Below, piece by piece: positions 20,313 through 28,384 of a stretch of DNA of 64,000 nucleotides (positions within the stretch are counted from its first letter, which is position 1; every line of letters begins with the position of its first letter). Below the pieces are notes generated by a model, which made no database searches, was not told the DNA's origin, and was given only the letters and a program-made list of their open reading frames with translations. This stretch comes from an uncultured Gemmatimonadales bacterium (GTDB taxonomy: Bacteria > Gemmatimonadota > Gemmatimonadetes > Gemmatimonadales > GWC2-71-9): contig CAVVHO010000004.1 of assembly GCA_963748035.1 (NCBI GenBank), forward strand, positions 477,331 through 541,330. The letters run 5' to 3'. The position numbers and the translations under genes are program-made.

Positions 20313-20642
20313 AAGGCCAGGCGCGGTCGATGAACGGACGCCGGTTGGTTCTTGCACGAGTTTCCAAATAATTCTCTGGCAAATAGTTAGGCGACTGTAC
20401 AACAACCACGGCGAGCTCGGTCTATTGCCCGCGACGGCTCCGGTGTCGGGCACCGATTTGTCCTCCAGCGAGGACAGTGAACCCTCCGAACGAGGACACT
20501 GACCCCGGCAGGGTGGCGGCGGGAGCGACGCCAATGACGCCGGTCGGCCGCGCAATCCGGTCGCCGGCGCTGCCAGCGTATCCCGCGCGTCGCGCAGGCC
20601 AGGCAGGTCATCGTGCAGGACGCTCAGACGGATCGAACGGCG

Positions 20643-20890
20643 TGGCAGGCGAGAAAAACGGGGAGGCCGGCGACAGTAACGGGAAGGCGGATGACAGTAA
20701 CAGGACAGCCAGAGCGACCTTCCGGGCAGGCGGACGAGAAAAACGGGCCGGCGGACGACGCAAACGGGGTGGCAGACGAAGCAAACGGGCCGGCGGACGA
20801 CGCAAACGGGGTGGCAGACGAAGCAAACGGGGTGGCAGACGAAGCAAACGGGCCGGCGGACGAAGTAAACGGGGTGGCTGACGACTCGGT
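20643..20890. repeat. 21-bp minisatellite (about 7 clean plus 4 degenerate units)
   Basis: Units alternate CCGGCGGACGACGCAAACGGG and GTGGCAGACGAAGCAAACGGG, contiguous with no spacers. The period is a multiple of 3, which generates the heptad ORFs seen on both strands in the track. Confidence 0.9.
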
Positions 20891-21045
20891 CAGACGGTCA
20901 GACGGTCCGACGGTCCGGCGGTCAAGGTTCGAGGTGCGGGTGACCCGTGACCCTGACTCATGACCCACGACTCATGACCCACGACCCATGACCCATGACC
21001 CATGACTCACGACCCCCCGGTGTCACTTCAGTGACATCAGCCGAG
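20889..21045. repeat. modular intergenic mosaic element (copy 2, short)
   Basis: (GACGGTCM)n at 20889-20920, (CATGACCC/CACGACYC)n at 20940-21014, and palindrome GGTGTCACTTCAGTGACATC at 21019-21038. Confidence 0.85.
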
Positions 21046-21081
21046 CCGCGGCTTTAGCCGCGAGCTCGAGAGTGTGGCTGG

Positions 21082-21909
21082 TCAGCCCACAACGGCCTTG
21101 GCGGCATCCTGTAGCTCATCGAGCGGGGTCCAGTACGGCTTGGGCTCGGGCCACTGAAATGGGCCACCCGCCAAACGATGCCGGAAGAAGCCAAGCGCGA
21201 GCCCGTGGAGCCGGCGGACCATGTCCGCATCGTCCGTGTGGAATGTGAGGTCCCGCAGGGTGATAAACCGCTTCACGGCCGCCGGGTTGATGTTGGCCTC
21301 GCGGCTCAGCAACCATTGCATGCAGACGGCGTATGCCTCGCTCTTGTCTCTGACTGTCCAAGGGCCGTGGTTGGGAACGAGGCCGCCGCAGGCGATGGCG
21401 GTGCTGAGGACGTCGGCCGAAAGCGCAGGGGCGCAGTCAGAAATGCGCCACTGGCCGGTCGCCTCGACGGTACCGCGGTACCGGTGGTTTCCGAACACGG
21501 TATTGGTGTCTGCCTTGGCGTCAGAGTCCCGTTTGACAATGCCCAGGTTGGCAGAGGCGAGTTCCACCGTCATCCCGGGCTGGGCGAGGGACGCCACTCC
21601 TGTTGCGAGCGGAAAGAGAGCAAAGGTGCTGGGTGCAATCCCATCGCCGGGAACCCCGACGAGGAGTCCGCCGGCCTCCGAGGGGGCAACATAAACGCCG
21701 GTGATTTTGGGTAGAAGCGACTTCTTCAGGGTAGTGCCGGGAGCGGTCAGCCGAAGCGACCAGTGGATGGAGAGATCACAAAACCAGGGGACGAGGGAGA
21801 GGCCGGCGAGTGCGTCGAGTGGTACAACGAGGGGACCGTCGGCAAGCGGCGTCAGTGGCACGGCGTCCATGACTTCGAAGACCCGTGCGGCGATCTCGGT
21901 CTTCTTCAT
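21082..21909 (-). CDS. hypothetical protein (275 aa)
   Basis: Intact ORF MKKTEIAARVFEVMD... with plausible composition. No motif recognised. Confidence 0.5.
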   Translation of the reverse strand: MKKTEIAARVFEVMDAVPLTPLADGPLVVPLDALAGLSLVPWFCDLSIHWSLRLTAPGTTLKKSLLPKITGVYVAPSEAGGLLVGVPGDGIAPSTFALFPLATGVASLAQPGMTVELASANLGIVKRDSDAKADTNTVFGNHRYRGTVEATGQWRISDCAPALSADVLSTAIACGGLVPNHGPWTVRDKSEAYAVCMQWLLSREANINPAAVKRFITLRDLTFHTDDADMVRRLHGLALGFFRHRLAGGPFQWPEPKPYWTPLDELQDAAKAVVG

Positions 21910-22048
21910 GTAGCGGGCCCTTGAGTAAGGAAGCCGGCTAACGTCCCCGCAAACGCCTCGGCTTTCGCACCCCAGAGGAGTGCTATGAACCGTAACCCAA
22001 ACTGTTGCACTTCAAACTTGAATTCTCAGTGAACCAACCGTGTCAGTG

Positions 22049-22459
22049 TCACGCCCAGTTGCCGAGAATGGCCCCCATCGCGGTGAGATAGACGAGCTGA
22101 TACCCGGCATCGATGAGGAAGGCGGCGAGCGGCTTGTCGGAGTAGAGATTAGCGGTGAATCCAATGGGCAACGCGAAGCCCACCCACGCGTGAAATCCCC
22201 AACCGGCACCGGCGCTCAGTGTAGTAGCGCCGAGCCGACTTAGAAAGAGATGAAGGATGTACGCAACGAGGATGAATGCGATGAAGGAGCCAAGATAGGC
22301 CTTCGCCGCATTCGCTTGCATCGCTGCCACCCTCTCTGGCGAATAGCCATTGGTGCGTACCCATGCCTTGGCGAAAAGGAGCGGCGAGTACCACAAGGCG
22401 CCGAGAAGCCAAGCGACGATGGCGGCAGCCAGGATGATGGGCCAGTGGCCAAACGACAT
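22049..22459 (-). CDS. DUF1761-family membrane protein
   Basis: Intact 136-aa ORF with four hydrophobic segments. LLGALWYSPLLFAKAWV matches my memory of DUF1761. Confidence 0.6.
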   Translation of the reverse strand: MSFGHWPIILAAAIVAWLLGALWYSPLLFAKAWVRTNGYSPERVAAMQANAAKAYLGSFIAFILVAYILHLFLSRLGATTLSAGAGWGFHAWVGFALPIGFTANLYSDKPLAAFLIDAGYQLVYLTAMGAILGNWA

Positions 22460-22502
22460 AAGAGGCTCAGGGATATGGTTGGCGGTATGAGGACGAGTAG
22501 CA

Positions 22503-22600
22503 ACCTAACATCCTGCGCTTGAGCTGCAACGCGCGGCTCGTGATGGTCGTCCTAAACTAAGCGTTGGGCCGCGCGTTGGCAGCTCAAGCGCCGGTTAGCC
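22503..22600 (-). repeat. attC-like site (98 bp) downstream of the DoxX cassette ORF
   Basis: The plus strand reads ACCTAAC...GTTAGCC. Arms GCGCTTGAGCTGC/GCAGCTCAAGCGC (13 bp) and AACGCGCGGC/GCCGCGCGTT (10 bp) pair perfectly. One bulged G on the plus strand lies in the arm next to DoxX. Confidence 0.7.
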
Positions 22601-22646
22601 AGCGTTGGTGTCGCAGCCAGTAAGGGCCTCTCGGTGCGCGCTCCGT

Positions 22647-23027
22647 CTAGGTGTGGCGTTGGAGGGCCAGGGTGGCGACGGACCCAGCCAAAACCAGCAG
22701 GGCCATGATGAAGAGGCTCGGATCGCCACCGTAGGTGATACCGATTTTGAAGACGTGGGTTGCGAGGGCCCCGGTCATGAGCCCGACGCCGAGGAGAGCG
22801 CCGAACCGTGTGCTACGGGGCCAGAGGAGGAGGCCCGCCGTAACCAACTCGACCATTCCAAGGAGGACCCTGCCCCAAGGCTCAACCCCGAGCAGAGTGA
22901 AGAGGGCCACGGCGTCCGCCGCCCCCGTCAGCTTTGTGAAACTGGCCATTGAGAGGATCGCGGCTGGCACGACTCGCGCGATCCAGATGAGGGCGACACG
23001 GCTCTTGGAGTCAGTTTGAGCTGTCAT
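22647..23027 (-). CDS. DoxX-family membrane protein
   Basis: Intact 126-aa ORF. ...AAILSMASFTKLTGAADAVALFTLLGVEPWGRVLLGMVELVTAGLLLWPRS...GALATHV has a DoxX-like topology and motif. Confidence 0.7.
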   Translation of the reverse strand: MTAQTDSKSRVALIWIARVVPAAILSMASFTKLTGAADAVALFTLLGVEPWGRVLLGMVELVTAGLLLWPRSTRFGALLGVGLMTGALATHVFKIGITYGGDPSLFIMALLVLAGSVATLALQRHT

Positions 23028-23158
23028 GGCTGCTTGGAGAAAGAGGTAACAGTCAACGATGCAGGGAGGTAACAGTCAACGATGCAGGCAGGTCTGTGGA
23101 TCTCCGACACCCTGCGCTGGAGCGACGACCGGTGTAGGGCGCCGAGTCGTGAAACGCT

Positions 23159-23234
23159 GGCTAACGTACGATTGGACCTGCCTCAAATGTACCGCCAAGA
23201 CAACCTATTACCATCTCACTGCGACTTGTCAGAC
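23159..23234 (-). repeat. short attC-like site (degenerate)
   Basis: The minus strand reads GTCTGAC...GTTAGCC. Its central 45 bp (GGACCTGCCTCAAATGTACCGCCAAGACAA...) recurs at 28410-28455. Arm pairing is only partial. Confidence 0.4.
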
Positions 23235-23745
23235 GGTCAGAGGGGCGGACGGTCCGAGGGTCAAGGTTCTGTCATTGCGGCAGCGCTTGCCCCGAGCGAG
23301 CGAGGGCACGCGCCGAAGCAATCTTTGCTCGGGAGCCCATTGCGCCCCCGATCTCCAACGTACCGTCGTAGGGGCGACCCAACGGGTCGCCCGTTTCAAC
23401 GATAAGCAACGGTGGTTGTGGCGACCCGCGCCAACCCATCTTGGCTGGGTAAACTTCTCACCACGGAAACACGGAAATCACGGAAACAACCACGGAACAG
23501 TTCCGTGCACTCTCCGTGCCTTCCGTGTTTCCGTGGTGAATGGTTGATGTGCTGGCGCGCCGGCACGTCGCTAAAGCGACCGCGAGAGGACGGTCCGACG
23601 GTCCGACGGTCCGACGGTCCGACGGTCAAGGTTCGAGGGGCGCAGGTGACCCACGACCCACGACTCATGACCCACGACCCATGACCCACGACCCGCGACT
23701 ACGACCCCCCGGTGTCACTTCAGTGACATCAGCCCTGCCGGCGGA
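23228..23745. repeat. modular intergenic mosaic element (copy 3), lying between the monooxygenase stop and its attC-like site
   Basis: Module order:
- (GACGGTC)n (23228-23258)
- CTGTCATTGCGG..CGAAGCAATC (23269-23323)
- REP1 CGTAGGGGCGACCCAACGGGTCGCCC (23367-23392)
- long CACCACGGAAACACGG hairpin (23459-23541)
- (GACGGTCC)n (23589-23628)
- (CATGACCC)n (23646-23706)
- palindrome (23711-23730). Confidence 0.85.
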
Positions 23746-24959
23746 CTAGACGGTCAGTACAACCGAGGTAACCCCGTGCTGGAACGCCTCCAGCCGCTTG
23801 CCCATCATCCGCTTGATGAGTCCGGTCTGGACGAGCAGAGGCAAGAGGCGCATCGCCCAGCGGCTGAGCATGGTTGGCTGGAGGAACAGGCGGGCTTGCC
23901 GATCCTGGTGTTCCTGGATGGCCGCGATCTCCGGGAGGCGTTCTGCGGCAACCCGTTGAGCGGCTATGTCCAGAGATGGAAGGCTGCCCCCACCCAACAG
24001 AGCCGGACAGAGGTGATTCGCCGCGACGATCGCGTCGCGCAGCGCCAGGTTGAGCCCTTGCCCGCCAATGGGAGACATCGGGTGCGCGGCATCGCCGAGC
24101 AGCAACTGCCCGGGTGCAGTCCACGAATCCAGGCGGCCAACCATCACATCGAGGAGTACAGTCTTCCGGAGGGCGTGGTAGTGGTCGCGAACGTGCGCGG
24201 CGAGGTCGGGGGACAGCCGGTCGATCAGTTGATCGACCCAATGCTCCGGATCGACGCGGCGCAGCTCGGGCAAGCTGCCCTTCGCGATGGTGAAGCCGGT
24301 CTGAAGGTCGCCGTCGCTCGCGGGGATGCCGCCGCTCAGAAACCCCGCGCCGAGTTCGATGCGGGCGGTTGTCGGGTCGGGCCAGAAGGCGGGAAAGGGG
24401 AGTTTGAGCCACACAATGTCGAACACCTGGCGCAAGGCGGTCTCCGGGAAGTGACCCGCCTTGCGGGTCATCGAGTAGCGTCCATCGGTACCGACAATCA
24501 GGTCCGCCCTGAACTCGACCGGACCGCCGGGCGCGTCGGCGCGCACCCCGACGACGCGACCCTGGTCAAACAGGAGGGCCCGGACCGCCGTCCCCATGTG
24601 GAGCTGGAACGTCGGCGAGCGGCCGGCCTGGTCGGTGAGCAGCCGCAGCAGCGCGGGTTGCGCGACGAATCGACCGGCGAAACCGAGCCGGTCGGTTGAG
24701 ACGCGAGCCCGGAGCCGGTGGCCCCAATACAGCTCAATAGCGCGGACGGCGACCTGCGGCAGCCCGGCGACCGCTTCGGCGAGCCCCATTTGCGCGAGGG
24801 CGTCTAGGCCGCTCTGTTGCAGCCCCTCACCCCGAAAGCTGCGGTCGAAGTCGCAGTGCCGCTCCAGCAGGGTAGTTGTGATGCCGCGCCGCGCCAGCAG
24901 GTACGCCAGCGCGGCACCCGCGGGTCCCGCGCCGACGATGAGGACCGAGCCTGGGGCAT
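23746..24959 (-). CDS. FAD-dependent monooxygenase (UbiH/PHBH-type)
   Basis: The in-frame upstream extension of track ORF 23746..24789 reads SVLIVGAGPAGAALAYLLARRGITTTLLER (GxGxxG). Later motifs are LIVGTDGRYS and LLLGDAAHPMSPIGGQGLNLALRDA. The only ATG (24959) is one base out of frame, so there is an N-terminal indel or an unrecognised start. Confidence 0.8.
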
Positions 24960-24993
24960 GAGGGATAGGTGGGGTGAGGGGAGAAGGGCTGCG

Positions 24994-25119
24994 GGCTGAC
25001 GCCGCGCTTAAGCGGCAGGGACGCAGCGAGATCGCTTCAGTATGCGGTGAGACGGCTGGTGGTGCCAGTCCTACACCAACCGACGGCCGTGCCCTGTCAA
25101 CTTCATGCGGTTGTCAGAC
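24994..25119 (-). repeat. attC-like site (126 bp, degenerate left arm)
   Basis: The plus strand reads GGCTGAC...GTCAGAC. The right arm and centre (GGTGGTGCCAG.CCTACAC..CCG..GGCCG.GCCCTGTCAACTTCATGCGGTTG) belong to the same family as 25922-26048. The left arm pairs poorly. Confidence 0.5.
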
Positions 25120-25921
25120 GGCAATCACTTAGCCGGAATGCTGAGCTCACCGACAATCGTGCTGACGTGAGGCAGGAGGAGTTCACAAAACCGGCGAGCT
25201 TCTGAGTACAGCTGGGTCATGGAATCTTGTAGATGTTTCAGGGTCACTACCGGCACTAACGCTTGGTGGTGCTCAATATCTCCTGGGACGGCAGCGAGCA
25301 GGTAGTCGACTTCCCTTAGTTCAGGCCCCGCGGGGACAGACTGTAGAGCATCAGCTGGCCGTGAAACACGACGAGTGGAAGCATTACGGCTGCAGAGGGG
25401 TGAGTTGGGGAGGAGAGACGGCTTGTGGTTGCACGCGCCTTATCCAGGCTGCGCACCGCGGAGCATGCCTGCATCATCGCAGGTATGGCGCAGGCCGGCG
25501 TTGTGAACGGGCGTGGCATCCGCGGCAAGGGCCTGGCGAGCCCAGCCCACTCTTGGCGCGACCTCATGTCGGATGTAAGCGCGGGAAGATGGCATGAACG
25601 TTCCACATTAGCATCGGGCTACTGCCATAGTGCGCCACTGTCTCTGACAGGCAAGTAGCCGTTCTGTCAACTCGCCTCCAGAGTGAGACCCAAGGTATCG
25701 GCTGGACTTGCAGCTCAACAGGAAAGCCTACCGTATGGCCCGCCGGTGGGCAGTAACAGGCAAGAACATTAGTCGCTGGATGGGCAGTTTGTGGTCTGTC
25801 GCTGTAGCGAGCCCCCCACCCGCCCTCGCGCACGTCCAGCGCAGCGTCGAGGGGATAGCCCGTCTATCGAGCCATTCAAGACTGTGGATCCTTGAACGGT
25901 GCCATCCTATAGTGATTGCCG

Positions 25922-26048
25922 GCCTAACGCCCCGCATAAGTTGCAGGGCCGCGGCGCGTTCGCTTCAGTATGGGGGACACCGACAGGTGGTGCCAGCCCC
26001 TACACAACCCGATGGCCGCGCCCTGTCAACTTCATGCGGTTGTTAGAC
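25922..26048 (-). repeat. attC-like site (127 bp)
   Basis: The plus strand reads GCCTAAC GCCCCGCATAAGTTGCAGGGCCGCGGC ... GCCGCGCCCTGTCAACTTCATGCGGT TGTTAGAC. The ends match RYYYAAC and GTTRRRY. The long imperfect stem has two unpaired bases, both in the right arm, and an inner CACC GACA GGTG hairpin. Confidence 0.7.
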
Positions 26049-26530
26049 CACGTAACGACGTGGGTTCACTGAGACGTGGCGTCTGGCATCCGCCGTAAAT
26101 CGATGACCGCTGGTTACGTTACGACTTCAATCGGTCGCCTGAGGGATGAGTGAAGTCACGCCGTTCACGACGTCCGGCTGGCTTATGAGCGCCGGACAAT
26201 CGTGACAGGCAGCTTCGATAGTGGGAATCCCAGTGCGTCGGGTCGTAGTTCGACCTGATTGTGATCCTTGCGACAGTGGTCTGTGCCTCGGCTACCCCAA
26301 GCCAGTGCACGGCCGGGTTGGCATAGACTGGTGGCGCTGAGCGCGCAGTCCACGCCATACGAGCTGTGCCACTGATGCTTGGTCCTGAAGGAGGGAATCG
26401 AGGGCTCCCGGCCAGATGATAGGGTGTACGATCGGCTCAGCGATGCAGCGTGCCGGGGCACTGATACACATAGCGTCATTGACTAGCTGGGCAGCCCGAA
26501 CGAGCGATGGAGTCTACCTCAGGAAAACCT

Positions 26531-26657
26531 GTCTAACGCCCCGCATAAGTTGCAGGGCCGCGGCGCGTTCACTGCAGTATGGGGGGGCACGGCAGGTGGT
26601 GCCAGCCCCTACACAAACCGTTGGCCGCGCCCTGCCAACTTCATGCGGTTGTTAGCT
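26531..26657 (-). repeat. attC-like site (127 bp), about 90 % identical to 25922-26048
   Basis: The plus strand reads GTCTAAC...GTTAGCT. The stop codon of the HEPN ORF (TAA, 26652-26654) lies inside the terminal AGCTAAC on the minus strand. Confidence 0.7.
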
Positions 26658-27288
26658 GGCATCAACCCAAGACTTGGCCAGTCTCTCCGGCGCACTGAGA
26701 AAGGCTGTACAATAGAGCTCAAGGCGTCGCTGTACGGGAGACTGGCGAAACTCGTGACGAAGGAACGCGCCAGGCGATTGCTTATTGCGGGGCAATGAAG
26801 CTACACCTGGAACCCTTACCCTGTAGATGCTGTACGCGGAATCACTAGAATGCGCAATAACATTGCGGATATGAACAGTCGCTGACTAAAGGTTCGGTTG
26901 TAGGGCTTATCCCCACGACTGGGCCGCCCTTCTTCAAGAAGAGCTCAATGAGCGAGCTTCCTTCCTCGCGGGGGTTAACCGGATGTAATCCGCGTCCGGG
27001 TGTCGCAGAATCTTCTCAAGGCGCGATCGCGAAGGAACGCGAGTAGGGGGTCTTCTTGCCAGCGAGGCGGGACCTCCCGCAGACTTCCGCGTACCCGGAT
27101 TCTTCCAGAAAGGCTTCCCACGGTGTTAGGATAGAGAGAAAGCCTGAGGAGTAGACAAACTCCACGTCTGTTACTAGTAGACGGTTAGCCTGAAGTTCAT
27201 CTTCAACACGGTTGCAGGTCTTAAGAACTTTGCGAACATACGCATCGAATGCCGCTTGCTCTCTAGCAAGTGGGCGAAGTCGTGGCAT
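26652..27288 (-). pseudogene. HEPN-domain protein (R-x4-H), at least three frameshifts in this sequence
   Basis: Track ORF 27016..27288 (MPRLRPLAREQAAFDAYVRKVL...FLSILTPWEAFLEES) continues in other frames as SRSRLEKILRHPDADYIRLTP..., then TVHIRNVIAHSSDSAYSIYRVRVPGVASLPRNKQSPGAFLRHEFRQSPVQRRLELYCTAFLSAPERLAKSWVDAS*. RNVIAH is a HEPN-type Rx4H motif. Confidence 0.5.
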
Positions 27289-27315
27289 ATCAAGCGCCCT
27301 TTAAGCCTAATCTCT

Positions 27316-28359
27316 TCAACAAGTAGTCGTGCCTGGTTCGGTGACGGCCGGGTCACTCGTCGCCGTTCTCCATTGCATCCTGAATCTTCTCAGGAGGGTT
27401 CTGCCAGGTAATGTCTGCGCTTGCTTACGCAGCTTGTCGGCCAGTCCTGAGGGCAGGGCCTGCGCTGGACGCTTCTTTAATGCGCTCTGCAGGCCGTACA
27501 TATGATCGTATGAAGTGACCCAGAGAGAGAAAGAAGCAGCAGGACGCTTGAACGCTGAAGTCGGAAGCAAGGGGCAGATCGAAGCTTCGATGGCACCCAT
27601 CACTTTCGTGAACCGATCCTCTAGAATCCGTTCCGATCGCAGCTCATCGTCATAGGTCTTGTAGTATTGCGTGATCTTCGATTGTGTCTTTCCTTTGAGT
27701 CCCTCGATCATGGCGATCAAGAATTCGGAGGTTGCCTCAACCTCGTCCATCCGCGAGATGGAATCGTTGGTAAAGACCTGCCATCCCCTCCATTGGTCCA
27801 AGTATTGGAAGGCAAGTTCATATGACAGCGATGCAAAGGCTCCGTGGAATTCCGAATTGCGGATCTCTTGCTTGTTGAGTGACAAGCCCGTCGAATTCAA
27901 TCGAGCAAAAATACGAAAAACCAGCTCGTCGCCTGCCGAAGCCGGAAGCACGTGCGTGCTGAATTCATAGTCAAGGATGCACTGCTTGTCGTCTGAGGAG
28001 AGCTTCTCAAACGGCTTTCCTGCCAACTCGGCGTTGTGAGTCTTGCGGACGACTACTCCGTCACGAGCTTCGTCGTAGTCGTCGAGGGCCGAGGAATCTA
28101 GATATGAAATCAGAGTGCGAAGCCTCTGTTGGCCGTCGACGACTTCCATCCTGGACTTTAGGGTCTCAGGAGATGTAGTTGCGCAGCAGAAAGCGGGATG
28201 GGATTTCCACGATGAATGCTGTCGATCGGCCGAATCGCGCTGGAGCTTTCCAGGTACGAGGCCGAGGAGGAAAATAGGATTCAGCCCAGGGCTGCACTGC
28301 GCGTGCCACTCAAGGCACAGGCGGCGGTGAAGACGGTTTCGTGACTTGATGGATGCCAT
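27316..28359 (-). CDS. DUF262 (ParB-like nuclease, DGQQR motif) protein; frameshifted near both ends
   Basis: Track ORF with MEVVDGQQRLRTLISYL. N-terminal DUF262 elements appear in other frames (RPRTWK; SSSAIRPIDSIHRGNPIP; FLLRNYIS). The likely true C-terminus, ADITWQNPPEKIQDAMENGDE*, is in a shifted frame ending near 27355. No DUF1524/HNH tail is present. Confidence 0.7.
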   Translation of the reverse strand: MASIKSRNRLHRRLCLEWHAQCSPGLNPIFLLGLVPGKLQRDSADRQHSSWKSHPAFCCATTSPETLKSRMEVVDGQQRLRTLISYLDSSALDDYDEARDGVVVRKTHNAELAGKPFEKLSSDDKQCILDYEFSTHVLPASAGDELVFRIFARLNSTGLSLNKQEIRNSEFHGAFASLSYELAFQYLDQWRGWQVFTNDSISRMDEVEATSEFLIAMIEGLKGKTQSKITQYYKTYDDELRSERILEDRFTKVMGAIEASICPLLPTSAFKRPAASFSLWVTSYDHMYGLQSALKKRPAQALPSGLADKLRKQAQTLPGRTLLRRFRMQWRTATSDPAVTEPGTTTC

Positions 28360-28384
28360 GGGTGCTAAGGGTGGTTGTCAGGTC

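Noticed and set aside
20643-20890. CRISPR array
   Set aside because: The 21-bp units are contiguous with no unique spacers, the period is too short, and no cas genes are present anywhere in the window.
20915-20935. tRNA-like T-loop (GGTCAAGGTTCGAGG; also at 23624-23640)
   Set aside because: No acceptor, D or anticodon stems can be drawn around it. It is a recurring junction module of the mosaic repeats.
20477-20968. Four overlapping repeat-encoded ORFs on both strands (heptad ADEANGP / RRSKRGG proteins)
   Set aside because: These ORFs are generated by the 21-bp minisatellite and the octamer arrays. They have no start context and no non-repeat flanks.
21936-22048. Full attC site downstream of the DUF1761 gene
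   Set aside because: Only a GTTAGCC-type core (GGCTAAC on the plus strand at 21936-21942) and a weak CACTGAC next to the stop are present. The arms are not complementary. It is kept only as the uncertain left boundary of the array.
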